The notes under the pieces were generated by a model. It was not told where the DNA came from, made no database searches, and worked only from the letters and a program-made list of their open reading frames with translations. DNA of 40,974 bases. Origin: an uncultured bacterium. Its GTDB lineage: Bacteria > Patescibacteriota > Minisyncoccia > UBA6257 > 2-01-FULL-56-20. Below, in pieces: positions 27,570 to 36,881 of this stretch. Position 1 is the first letter of the stretch. Each line of letters starts with the position of its first letter. Both the position numbers and the translations under genes were made by a program. The DNA lies in NCBI GenBank assembly GCA_963719425.1, contig OY970382.1, positions 201,888 to 242,861 of the forward strand. The letters are read 5' to 3'.

Positions 27570-28103
27570 ATGCAGGAATACGTGACGGAGGCCGTCGTGT
27601 TGGAAAAGGAGCCGATTCGGGATTTTGATGCGCGGTATTCGTTTTTTACCAAGCGGTTTGGGAAATTGAAGGGAAAGGCGACGAGCGCAAGAAAGATTAC
27701 GTCCAAGCTTGCGGGGCATCTGGAACCGGGCACGCTCGCCAAGGTGCGCTTTGTGGCGCGGAGCGGCGAGAACGGCAACGGCGTGCAGATCGCGGATGCG
27801 TTGAAGTACGGGAGGCTTGCCGCGTCGCCGACCGACCTCCATTTTTTGAACAAGATGCTTCCGGAAGGGGAGCCTGACACCGCGCTGTGGAATGAACTCA
27901 CGCGGGAGCGCAGGGAGCAACGCTTCCCTTGGGGAAATGTGCTGCGAATCCTCGGCTGGGATCCGCGAGAAGCGGTTTGTGAAGAGTGCGGCAAGGGCAG
28001 AAAGGCCGCCGCGTTTTATATCCCGAAGCAGGAATTTTTCTGCGCCCCATGCGCTTCAAAATTGGAGCGGGATGCGTTACTATTACTAGGAGATGAGCCC
28101 TAA
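27570..28103 (+). CDS. recO: DNA repair protein RecO (short)
   Basis: OB-fold EAVVL..D....FFTKRFGKL..ARKITSKLAGHLEP, C4 motif CEEC..CAPC; TGGTATGAT 6 nt upstream. Confidence 0.88.
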   Translation: MQEYVTEAVVLEKEPIRDFDARYSFFTKRFGKLKGKATSARKITSKLAGHLEPGTLAKVRFVARSGENGNGVQIADALKYGRLAASPTDLHFLNKMLPEGEPDTALWNELTRERREQRFPWGNVLRILGWDPREAVCEECGKGRKAAAFYIPKQEFFCAPCASKLERDALLLLGDEP

Positions 28104-29988
28104 GTATAACCCGAACGCGGTTTGGCAGAGCAAAAAGAAAAAATTTGAATATGAGGCGCCGGAGCCTGTGCCGCCCAGGCCCAGATCTGCGCCGCCGAAA
28201 TCCGTGCCGCCGCAGCCTCCAGAGCCGGCCGAGGAGATTGACGAAGGAGAGCCGGCGAAGAGCCACGCCCTCATTTGGTTTTTAGTTGTCTTTGTCGTCC
28301 TCGTAAGCGCGGGTATCTGGTACTTTTTTCTTTTCAAACCGCCGGGAAGTCCCAATGTGAGCATCGGATTCCCGAACAAGCCCGATCAAGTGCTCGTGGG
28401 CGATCCTTTTACTCTGGCGGTTTCGTTCTCAAATTATTCTTCCAACATTCTGAAGGGTGCGACGCTTTCGGTCACCGTTCCCGATAACATTTCCTTTGTC
28501 GGACAATCTCCGGGCCAACGGGTCATGCAGCAGACGGTGGGCGATCTTGGCCCGGGCAGCATCAATGAGCAGGATTTCAATCTTATCGTGACGGGCGATC
28601 CGAAGAGCGTGAAGCACATTGACGCCAAGCTTACCTACAGCACGGACGCCGCCGCAAAAACGCAGTTTGAAACCGACGGGGGGGCGGACCTCGTCGTAGG
28701 TGACTTCGCGATCAGCGTGAGCGTCGTCCCTCCGACGAACGTGTTCAGCGGCCAGGATTTTGATACTGCGGTGACCTACACCAACAATACCTCGCACAGT
28801 TTTCTGAACGTGAAGCTTGCGCTCCAATACCCGCCGGTTTTTTCGTTCACGCGGAGCAGCATGTCGCCCGCAAGCGCAGGCAACAACTCGTGGGATTTGG
28901 GAACCGTCCCTGCGATGGGAAGTGGGACACTGACGGTCACAGGCAACGTCGTGGGGCCGCAGAATGCGACCTACCAGATGATAGGGAATTTGACAGGGGA
29001 AGTGATGGGTGAAACCTATGCCCTGAACGAACAGACGGCAAACCTTGCGATCAGCGCCTCGCCGCTTTCGCTTACCCTCACACTGAACAATACTTCCGAT
29101 TACGTGGCGCAGCCAGGCGATGCACTCACCTACGTTCTTTCCTACGCCAATAATTCAAATACGACCTTTCAAAACATGACGCTCACGGCAGCACTCGTGG
29201 GTGAGATGTTTGATTTCACGACGCTCCAGACAAACGGCGCGTTCAATTCCCTCACCGACACCGTTATGTGGTCGGCTGCCACGACGCCGCAGCTTTTGAC
29301 GCTCGCGCCGGGGCAGTCGGGATCGGTGAATATTCACGTAAGGACGGCATCGTCGTATCCCATCCGGCTTTTGAGCGACAAGGATTACGCGCTCAAGGTG
29401 AGCGCCCAGATTTCGTCGCCCACGGTGCCGCCGGACACGGCGGGGAGTTCCACGGTCTCCGCCGCGAGCATAGAGAACAAAGTAGGCGGGAACATTTCCG
29501 TTGCCGCGGATGGCTATTGGCGAGACGCGAATTCCGGCATTTTGAATTCAGGACCGTACCCTCCGACCGTGAACCAGGCGACGCAATATACGATTCATTG
29601 GGTTATCGTGAATTACGCCACGGATGCGCAAAACGTGACCGTATCGGCCTATCTGCAGTCGGGGACTGCGTGCACGGGCGTGATCCAGAGCAACATGACG
29701 ACGGCGCCATCTTGCAACGCGGCGACCGGTTTCGTCTCGTGGACTATTCCTGCGATTCCTGCGACGACCGGCATCACCGGTCAGCCCGCCGAGGCGATCT
29801 TTCAGGTGGCGAATACGCCGGCGGTCAACCAGGTGGGAAGCGCGGTGACATTGCTTGGTCCAACCGCGCTCCAGGCGATGGATGCATTCACAAGCTCAAC
29901 GCTTACGGCCTCCGCGCCCGCGGTTACGACCGACCTGCCTAACGACAAAACCATCAGTCCGGGTCAGGATCGCCGCGTCACGCAATAA
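28093..29988 (+). CDS. Membrane-anchored multi-Ig-like (DUF11-like) surface protein
   Basis: Pro-rich N-terminus, one TM, repeated V..GD..T..(V/L).Y.N..W.(L/I)..(L/I).PG beta-sandwich units, Ser/Thr-rich. Confidence 0.7.
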   Translation: MSPKYNPNAVWQSKKKKFEYEAPEPVPPRPRSAPPKSVPPQPPEPAEEIDEGEPAKSHALIWFLVVFVVLVSAGIWYFFLFKPPGSPNVSIGFPNKPDQVLVGDPFTLAVSFSNYSSNILKGATLSVTVPDNISFVGQSPGQRVMQQTVGDLGPGSINEQDFNLIVTGDPKSVKHIDAKLTYSTDAAAKTQFETDGGADLVVGDFAISVSVVPPTNVFSGQDFDTAVTYTNNTSHSFLNVKLALQYPPVFSFTRSSMSPASAGNNSWDLGTVPAMGSGTLTVTGNVVGPQNATYQMIGNLTGEVMGETYALNEQTANLAISASPLSLTLTLNNTSDYVAQPGDALTYVLSYANNSNTTFQNMTLTAALVGEMFDFTTLQTNGAFNSLTDTVMWSAATTPQLLTLAPGQSGSVNIHVRTASSYPIRLLSDKDYALKVSAQISSPTVPPDTAGSSTVSAASIENKVGGNISVAADGYWRDANSGILNSGPYPPTVNQATQYTIHWVIVNYATDAQNVTVSAYLQSGTACTGVIQSNMTTAPSCNAATGFVSWTIPAIPATTGITGQPAEAIFQVANTPAVNQVGSAVTLLGPTALQAMDAFTSSTLTASAPAVTTDLPNDKTISPGQDRRVTQ

Positions 29989-29989
29989 T

Positions 29990-31375
29990 ATGAACGCGCC
30001 GAAGAACGCCCTCATGGAAAAAATCGTCTCGCTCGCGAAGCGCCGCGGGTTCGTGTTCCCTGGATCGGAGATCTACGGCGGGCTTGCAAACTCGTGGGAT
30101 TACGGGCCGCTTGGGGTTGAATTGAAAAATAATATCAAAAATTTTTGGTGGGAGCGATTCGTGCACCGGCGCGACGATGTGATCGGGCTGGACTCCGCGC
30201 TCATCATGAATCCGCAGGTGTGGGCGGCGAGCGGGCATCTTTCCGCCGGCTTTGCCGATCTGCTCATTGAATGCAAAAAATGCAAGAAGCGATTCCGACA
30301 GGATCAACTGGATGATCTCATGCAATTTGACTACTACAAAGACCACCCCGAAGAAAAGCAAGATTTCTTGTCAAGAAAAAAGTGCCCGAACTGTGGCGGT
30401 AAATTTTCCAAGCCGCGCCAGTTTAATTTGATGTTCAAGACGTTCGTCGGGCCGGCGGAAGAGCAGGCGAACGTAGCATATTTCCGGCCGGAGACCGCGC
30501 AAGGGATATTTGTGGACTTCAAAAATGTTTTGGATACGATGCGGAGGCAGCTGCCATTCGGTGTCGCGCAGACGGGGAAAGTGTTCCGCAACGAGATCAC
30601 GCCGGGCAACTTCATTTTCCGAACGCGCGAATTCGAACTGATGGAGATCGAATATTTCGTGGCACCCCCCGCGCGCGCCGAGGACTGGAAAGATTATTTT
30701 GAAATGTGGCGGAAGGAGACGATGGTATGGATTGGCGATGTCGGCATTGACGTAAGTAAGGTGCACGAAGTGGAGATCGGAGTGGATGACCGCGCGCATT
30801 ATTCCAAGCGGACAGTTGACTTCGAGTTTGAGTATCCGTTCGGACAGAAAGAACTCTACGGCCTTGCGTACCGCACGGATTTTGACCTCAAGAATCACTT
30901 CAAGGAGCCGCCGTACCGCGACGCGCAGACGGGCGAGGCCTTCTGGCCGCACGTGATCGAGCCGACATTCGGCGTTGACCGCACGGTCCTTGCCATGCTT
31001 TTGAGTGCTTATGCTGAGGACGGTGATCGGGTGCTCCTGAAGCTCAGGCCGCACCTCGCGCCGTACAAGGCGGCGGTGTTTCCGCTGCTTGCGAACAAGC
31101 CGAAGCTTGTGGAGGTCGCAAGAAAGATATACGACAATCTCCGCAAACAGTTCATTGTGGCATGGGACGACCGTGGGAATATCGGCAAGCGCTATTACGC
31201 ACAGGATGAGATTGGGACGCCATTTTGTGTCACAGTTGATTTTGATACGGTTGGCGAGGGCGATGTGAAACTCAAAGATACGGTGACCGTACGCGACCGC
31301 GATACGGCGAAGCAGGAGCGGATTGCGGTTGATAAACTTGCCGAGTTTATTACAAAAAAGATTTCGGTTTCATAA
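29990..31375 (+). CDS. glyQS: Glycine--tRNA ligase, alpha2 (eukaryote-like) type
   Basis: KRRGF...SEIYGG, YFRPETAQGIF, FRNEITPGNFIFRTREFELME, VIEPTFGVDR, anticodon domain GNIGKRY..QDEIG. Confidence 0.95.
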   Translation: MNAPKNALMEKIVSLAKRRGFVFPGSEIYGGLANSWDYGPLGVELKNNIKNFWWERFVHRRDDVIGLDSALIMNPQVWAASGHLSAGFADLLIECKKCKKRFRQDQLDDLMQFDYYKDHPEEKQDFLSRKKCPNCGGKFSKPRQFNLMFKTFVGPAEEQANVAYFRPETAQGIFVDFKNVLDTMRRQLPFGVAQTGKVFRNEITPGNFIFRTREFELMEIEYFVAPPARAEDWKDYFEMWRKETMVWIGDVGIDVSKVHEVEIGVDDRAHYSKRTVDFEFEYPFGQKELYGLAYRTDFDLKNHFKEPPYRDAQTGEAFWPHVIEPTFGVDRTVLAMLLSAYAEDGDRVLLKLRPHLAPYKAAVFPLLANKPKLVEVARKIYDNLRKQFIVAWDDRGNIGKRYYAQDEIGTPFCVTVDFDTVGEGDVKLKDTVTVRDRDTAKQERIAVDKLAEFITKKISVS

Positions 31376-31400
31376 CGCGCGGGCGGTGAACGAACGAACC

Positions 31401-32705
31401 ATGGCGGAAAAATTCGTAATCAAAGGGGGCAAGCCGCTTTTCGGCGAGATTAAACTTGCCGGTGCGAAGAACGCGATCTCCAAAATGATGGTGGCGTCGC
31501 TCCTCACAGACGAGCCGTGCATCTTGGAGAACGTGCCGCAGATAGGGGACGTGGACATTGTCGTTGAGCTTTTGAAAACCATCGGCAGTGAGATAGAAAT
31601 CGTGGGGTCCACGGCAAAGATTGAGACACGCGAGATCAAGAATAGCCGCGTTTTGGAACTCACGCGGCGGAACAGGATTCCCATCCTTGCCTTGGGGCCG
31701 CTCCTTGTGCGCGCGGGAGAAGCGGAAGTGCCGGTCTTGGGCGGCGACAAAATTGGCGCGCGGCCCGTGGACATCCATCTGGAAGCGCTCGCAAAGTTCG
31801 GCGCGCAACTTCAGATTACAAAGAACAGCTATCATGCGTGGGCGAAGTATGGGCTCCACGGCGCGGAGATTGAACTTCGGTTCCCGAGCGTAGGCGCCAC
31901 GGAAAATACCATCCTCGCGGCGGTGCTTGCAAAAGGAAAGACGGTTATAAAGAATGCCGCGCTGGAGCCGGAGATCGTGGATCTCATAAAAATGCTCCAG
32001 AAGATGGGAGCGATCGTTGAGCTTGCGCCGCCGCGCACAATTACGATTGAGGGCGTGAAGCGCTTGCACGGCGTGACGCACCGGATCATACCGGACCGGA
32101 ACGAAGCGGTTTCTTTCGCCTGCCTTGCGATTGCGACGAACGGAAGGATTCTTGTGAAAGAGGCGCGGCAGGATGATCTCATTACTTTTTTGAATGTCGT
32201 GCGAAGGCTCGGCGCACAATACGAGGTGACAGACGGCGGCATTGCCTTTTGGCGGAAAAATTCATTGAAAGCACTTTCGGTGCGGACTGACGTGCATCCC
32301 GGTTTCATGACCGATTGGCAACAGCCGCTCTGCGTGCTCCTCACCCAGGCGAAAGGTACCTCAACGATCCATGAGACGATTTGGGAAGATCGCTTTGCCT
32401 ACGCGCACGACCTGAACGAAATGGGCGCGAAGATCGCCGTGGGAGCGGAGTGCCCACAGGGAGAAGAATGCCGCTTGGCCGGAAAGGGATTTCTCCATTA
32501 CGCGACTATAGAAGGGCCTACCCCGCTTCGGAGTGCAAACCTCACCGTGCACGATTTGCGCTCTGGAATGCTTGATATTCTTTCCACGCTCATCGCCGAT
32601 GGCGTTTCCGAGGTGGAAGGCATCCACGAGATAGACCGCGGCTACGAACACATTGACGGGCGGTTGCGCCAGTTGGGCGCGGACATCAGGAGGACTGCGC
32701 CCTAG
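31401..32705 (+). CDS. murA: UDP-N-acetylglucosamine 1-carboxyvinyltransferase
   Basis: GAKNA, GGDxIGARPVDIH, SVGATEN, EPEI.DL, PGFMTD.Q, DLRSG, IDRGYE. Confidence 0.95.
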   Translation: MAEKFVIKGGKPLFGEIKLAGAKNAISKMMVASLLTDEPCILENVPQIGDVDIVVELLKTIGSEIEIVGSTAKIETREIKNSRVLELTRRNRIPILALGPLLVRAGEAEVPVLGGDKIGARPVDIHLEALAKFGAQLQITKNSYHAWAKYGLHGAEIELRFPSVGATENTILAAVLAKGKTVIKNAALEPEIVDLIKMLQKMGAIVELAPPRTITIEGVKRLHGVTHRIIPDRNEAVSFACLAIATNGRILVKEARQDDLITFLNVVRRLGAQYEVTDGGIAFWRKNSLKALSVRTDVHPGFMTDWQQPLCVLLTQAKGTSTIHETIWEDRFAYAHDLNEMGAKIAVGAECPQGEECRLAGKGFLHYATIEGPTPLRSANLTVHDLRSGMLDILSTLIADGVSEVEGIHEIDRGYEHIDGRLRQLGADIRRTAP

Positions 32706-32725
32706 GTGCGGCGCGAAGCTCTATT

Positions 32726-32756
32726 GCTCTTGCGAGGACGAAGTCGCTCAAAAGCT
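32726..32756 (+). repeat. 31-bp intergenic repeat, copy 2
   Basis: GCTCTTGCGAGGACGAAGTCGCTCAAAAGCT; 29/31 identical to 26188-26218. Confidence 0.75.
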
Positions 32757-32789
32757 CCACGTTGGCTGACAGCGCACAGGCACGGGCGC

Positions 32790-32817
32790 TTGACAATATT
32801 CTATTTTATGCTATCAT
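32790..32817 (+). promoter_or_regulatory. Promoter of the 126-aa orphan
   Basis: TTGACA-16-TATCAT with extended TG. Confidence 0.65.
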
Positions 32818-32859
32818 TCTCTTCGGAGGGGAAATTAACAACGGAGGTGGCTGCAAAAA

Positions 32860-33240
32860 ATGCGAGATAAGATCCTTTGGGTAGTAACGGGCATTCTGTT
32901 CGTCGTTGTGGTTGGCGTGGTAGTGAAATACGACGCACCCAAGACCCTCAAGTTGAGGTGCGTCGAGGACGGCTGCGTCGGGATAGTAATTGCCCCCGAC
33001 GTGGCGAGAGCAGAAAAAGCCCCCACTTTCAAGTATTTAAAAGAAAGTTCAGACTTGGAGGTGGATTACTGTTTCAGAGAGAGAGGAGAACGGGCATGTC
33101 CTTCGTTACTCTTCGACCGCGATGGCGTTGACGAGCGAGGCATGTCCCGCCCACTTGCTCTCAATGTGAAGGGGATTGTATTCCAAGACGAGGGTGGGAG
33201 AGAGATAGGCGGCATCGCAGTATGGCCGCCACCTCAGTAG
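32860..33240 (+). CDS. Hypothetical membrane-anchored/exported protein
   Basis: N-terminal TM, four Cys; GGAGGT 11 nt before the ATG; own promoter and terminator. Confidence 0.65.
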   Translation: MRDKILWVVTGILFVVVVGVVVKYDAPKTLKLRCVEDGCVGIVIAPDVARAEKAPTFKYLKESSDLEVDYCFRERGERACPSLLFDRDGVDERGMSRPLALNVKGIVFQDEGGREIGGIAVWPPPQ

Positions 33241-33250
33241 AGAGGTTCTA

Positions 33251-33305
33251 GGGCGGGGGTCGCGACACGCGCTATGCGTTAACGACCCCGCCCGCTTTGC
33301 TTTTT
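33251..33305 (+). terminator. Intrinsic terminator
   Basis: GGGCGGGGGTCG...CGACCCCGCCC followed by GCTTTGCTTTTT. Confidence 0.65.
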
Positions 33306-33325
33306 AGGCCTTTTTACGTTAAATT

Positions 33326-34339
33326 ATGGGTATGTTCCGCAAGAAAATTGGCATTGATTTAGGGACGGCGAATACCGTCGTTTTTGTGCCTGGGAAGGGT
33401 TTTATTATCAACGAGCCGACGATCGTTGCCTTGACGCAGCCGGATAATTCGGTATTGGCGGTGGGGAGCGAAGCGAAGGAAATGATCGGCCGGACCCCGG
33501 AAGAGATTGTGGCTTACCGCCCGCTCAAGGACGGCGTGATTGCCGATTATTACATTACAAAGGCGATGCTCACGTATTTTATTTCAAAAGCTGTGGGCTG
33601 GTTCAATCTGGTAAAGCCGGACGTGGTGATTTCCGTGCCTGCGGGCATAACGCAGACCGAACGGCGCGCGGTGATGAACGCGGCGCGCGAAGCGGGCGCG
33701 GGGAATGCGTTTATCGTACGCGAGCCGATCCTTGCGGCGTTGGGCGCTGGCATCCCCATCAATGCGCGTTCGGGGAACATGATCATCAACGTCGGCGGCG
33801 GCACATCGGAACAGGCGGTGATTGCGTTGGGGAGTATCGTGTCATGGAATAGTTTGCGCATTGCAGGGAACAAATTTGACCAGGCGATCATGGATTACGT
33901 GAAGAAGAAATATGGCCTCGCGATCGGCGAACAAACTGCCGAGAACGTGAAGATTGAGATCGGTTCCGCGATGCCGACGAAGGAGAAAATGGAATATCAG
34001 ATCCGCGGGCGGGACCTCGTGACCGGACTTCCGAAGGACATCACGATCAATTCAAACGAAATCGCGGAGGCCTTGAACCCCTTTCTTATTGAGATCGCGA
34101 GTGCCATCCAAAACGTCTTCAATGTAACGCCGCCGGAGCTTGTGGCAGACATCATGGAAAAGGGCATCATCCTTTCGGGCGGCTCGGTGCAGCTTCACCA
34201 CATGCCCGAGTTTTTTGAGCGTTTCCTGGGTGTGCAGGCCTACGTGGCCGAGGATCCGCTCTTTTGCGTCGCAAAGGGCACTGGCCTCATCCTGAACCAT
34301 CTGGATACCTATAAGCGTACGTTGCTCAATAAGCGGTAA
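33326..34339 (+). CDS. mreB: Rod-shape-determining actin homolog MreB
   Basis: GIDLGTANT, RPLKDGVIAD, EPILAALGAG, GGGTSE, GILSGG-type motif, DPL.CVAKG. Confidence 0.94.
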   Translation: MGMFRKKIGIDLGTANTVVFVPGKGFIINEPTIVALTQPDNSVLAVGSEAKEMIGRTPEEIVAYRPLKDGVIADYYITKAMLTYFISKAVGWFNLVKPDVVISVPAGITQTERRAVMNAAREAGAGNAFIVREPILAALGAGIPINARSGNMIINVGGGTSEQAVIALGSIVSWNSLRIAGNKFDQAIMDYVKKKYGLAIGEQTAENVKIEIGSAMPTKEKMEYQIRGRDLVTGLPKDITINSNEIAEALNPFLIEIASAIQNVFNVTPPELVADIMEKGIILSGGSVQLHHMPEFFERFLGVQAYVAEDPLFCVAKGTGLILNHLDTYKRTLLNKR

Positions 34340-34343
34340 AACG

Positions 34344-35219
34344 ATGAGAGGGGTGATCGGGCATGAAAAGATAATCGGAGATCTTACGCGGCTCGCTCAC
34401 AATAGCGAGCTTTCGCACGGGTATATTTTCTACGGACTTCCTATGGTCGGGAAGCGTACGACGGCGCTCGCCCTTGCGCGTTATTTAGAAAAGGGCGCAT
34501 TTGAAGCGCCCTTTGAAAGCGAAGTTCTGCAGGATACGAAAGTGATTGACGTCGCATTTGCGAAGCAGCTGGATCCCAATTTGAAAGATTCCATCAGCAT
34601 TGATGCGGTCCGCGAGATTAAACATTTCCTTTGGCAAAAGCCGAATGTGAGCGCAAAGCGCACGCTTGTCATTGACGATGCGGAATTTTTGACGAATGAC
34701 GCGCAGAACGCGCTTTTGAAAATCACCGAGGAACCGCCGGCATCCTCGCTTTTGATTGTCGTCACCTCTGACTTGGAAAGCCTCATGCCAACCATCCTTT
34801 CGCGGCTGCAGAAGATTTACTTCGGCGCGGTGCCGGAAGCGGCAATCGCAGCATGGATGGAAAAAGAGCAGAGAGTTTCAAAGGCGAAGGCGGCGTCGCT
34901 CACAAAGAAGGCGCTTGGCAAGCCGGGGCTTGCGTGGCGGTTGCTCAATGATGAGGTGTTCCAAAAAAATCTTGCATGGGCAGAAACATTCTTGAAAGCC
35001 GCCCCCGCCGGACGGCGCGATGTTATCAAGCGATTGTTGGAGCCCGAGGAGTTCAACTTACGAAAATTTCTGGACGCGGTTATAATAATCCTAGCGTGGG
35101 AGAAGCCGTCCAAAGCGAATACTGCACTTTGGCACAAGGCGCTCGCGTTGTATCAGAATATCACCAACTTTGGTTTGAATCCGCGTTTGCAGTTGGAAAA
35201 TCTTCTTACTCCATCATGA
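34344..35219 (+). CDS. holB: DNA polymerase III delta' subunit-like clamp-loader AAA+
   Basis: HGYIFYG..VGK, ISIDAVR, IDDAE.LT..AQNALLK.TEEPP, TILSR. Confidence 0.85.
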   Translation: MRGVIGHEKIIGDLTRLAHNSELSHGYIFYGLPMVGKRTTALALARYLEKGAFEAPFESEVLQDTKVIDVAFAKQLDPNLKDSISIDAVREIKHFLWQKPNVSAKRTLVIDDAEFLTNDAQNALLKITEEPPASSLLIVVTSDLESLMPTILSRLQKIYFGAVPEAAIAAWMEKEQRVSKAKAASLTKKALGKPGLAWRLLNDEVFQKNLAWAETFLKAAPAGRRDVIKRLLEPEEFNLRKFLDAVIIILAWEKPSKANTALWHKALALYQNITNFGLNPRLQLENLLTPS

Positions 35220-35776
35220 CCACGGGAGAACAATTCATCAAAGACCTTGAGGCGGGGCTTGCGGCCGCCGTCCAAAAATTGAAGCAGGACTTCGGGCAGA
35301 TCCGCGGCAACCGGCCGTCGGTGGAGCTCGTGCAGGACATCAAAGTAAACTTGTATGATCAAATGCTCTCTGTCCGCGAGCTCGGCTCGTTAAGCATTCT
35401 CCCTCCACGCACCATTCAAATCACGGTGTGGGATCAGAACGCTCTCGGCGCCGTGATGAAGGCGATTGAAGGCGCGCACCTCGGGCTCTCAACGACGAAT
35501 AACGGCAATAACATTTTGGCGACGCTTTCGCCCCTTGGCAACGAGCGGCGCGAGGAATTGGCGAAACTTGTGAAAAAGACTGCGGAGACAGCGCGGATCC
35601 AGATTCGCGCGAAGCGCGACGAAACGATGAAGCACCTGAAGGGCGCAGAGAATAAAAAGGAAATCACCGAAGACGAAGCGTTCAAATCAAAGGAAAGGGC
35701 CCAGAAAGCGGTGGATAAGGCAAATGGGGGCGTGGAAGCACTCGTGAGCGGCAAGTTAACCGAACTCGGCGGGTAA
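35216..35776 (+). CDS. frr: Ribosome recycling factor
   Basis: IRGNRPS, TIQITVWD, PL..ERREELAKLVKK..E.ARIQIR; ATG overlaps the holB stop. Confidence 0.93.
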   Translation: MTTGEQFIKDLEAGLAAAVQKLKQDFGQIRGNRPSVELVQDIKVNLYDQMLSVRELGSLSILPPRTIQITVWDQNALGAVMKAIEGAHLGLSTTNNGNNILATLSPLGNERREELAKLVKKTAETARIQIRAKRDETMKHLKGAENKKEITEDEAFKSKERAQKAVDKANGGVEALVSGKLTELGG

Positions 35777-35790
35777 TTCGTATTTACCAT

Positions 35791-36846
35791 ATGCTCATCA
35801 TTATTCTTGTCATCGTCGGTCTTTCGCTCCTTATCCTCGGTCACGAAGCCGGACATTTTTTTGCGGCGAAGGCATTTGGTTTGCAGGTTGATGAATTCGG
35901 CTTCGGTTTTCCGCCGCGGATCAAGGCCTGGAAGAAAGGGGGTACGGAATATAGCGTGAATTGGCTGCCATTCGGAGGGTTCGTGAAAATTGCGGGCGAG
36001 CGCGGGGAGTTTGAGATGCTGGAACCGAGCGCCACTGCCACTTACGAGAAGGCCCCGGACGCGTCGCGCTTCCTTTATGCACAACCCGCGTGGAAAAAAA
36101 GCATCATCGTGCTCGCGGGGATCCTTGTGAATTTCCTCCTCGGATGGTTTTTTCTTTCGCTTACGCTTATGATCGGCGCGCCGCAGGCGCTCGTCGTGAG
36201 CGGAGTACAGGCGGATTCGCCTGCGTCGCAGGCGGGTATTATGGCGGGGGACGTGGTGAAAAATTTCACAAGTGCGCAGAGTTTTATTGATTTCGTCAAC
36301 ATGCGCCGGGGAGAAACGACCACGATTGCCGTATTTCGCAGCAACAAAGAAATTGATTTCAACGTCGTGCCGCGCGTGCAGACGGCGCCGGGCCAAGGCG
36401 CGGTGGGCGTGGCGCTTGCGGAAGCCGGCACGCCGCAGGAGGGATTTTTTGCAGCGCTCAAGGACGGTCTTATGGATGCGGGGATCATTGTGTGGCTCAC
36501 CGTCCTCGCGTTTTACCAGTTATTCGTACAGCTTTTTTTCCATGCCTCGCTCTTGCCAGGCGTGGTAGGGCCGGTCGGCATTTTCGGGCTCGCGGAAGAA
36601 ACAGGAAAAATCGGCCTCGTGTATCTGCTGCAGCTCTTCGGGGTGATCTCTCTTAATTTGACCGTCGTGAATTTCATCCCGTTCCCGGCGCTTGACGGGG
36701 GAAGGTTTCTGATGGCAATTCTTGAGAAAATAAAGGGCTCGGCGATTTCATACCGCACGGAGGCGTGGGTAAACAGTCTCGGTTTCGCCCTGCTTATTGT
36801 GCTTATGGTTCTTCTTACCATCCGCGACGTCAGCGGGCTGATATAG
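35791..36846 (+). CDS. rseP: RIP metalloprotease RseP (M50, one PDZ)
   Basis: HEAGH, FGFGFPP, PFGGFVKI, NFIPFPALDGG. Confidence 0.92.
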   Translation: MLIIILVIVGLSLLILGHEAGHFFAAKAFGLQVDEFGFGFPPRIKAWKKGGTEYSVNWLPFGGFVKIAGERGEFEMLEPSATATYEKAPDASRFLYAQPAWKKSIIVLAGILVNFLLGWFFLSLTLMIGAPQALVVSGVQADSPASQAGIMAGDVVKNFTSAQSFIDFVNMRRGETTTIAVFRSNKEIDFNVVPRVQTAPGQGAVGVALAEAGTPQEGFFAALKDGLMDAGIIVWLTVLAFYQLFVQLFFHASLLPGVVGPVGIFGLAEETGKIGLVYLLQLFGVISLNLTVVNFIPFPALDGGRFLMAILEKIKGSAISYRTEAWVNSLGFALLIVLMVLLTIRDVSGLI

Positions 36847-36881
36847 TAGGTTATGTCATCTTGTTGGCAGGGCATAAACCA

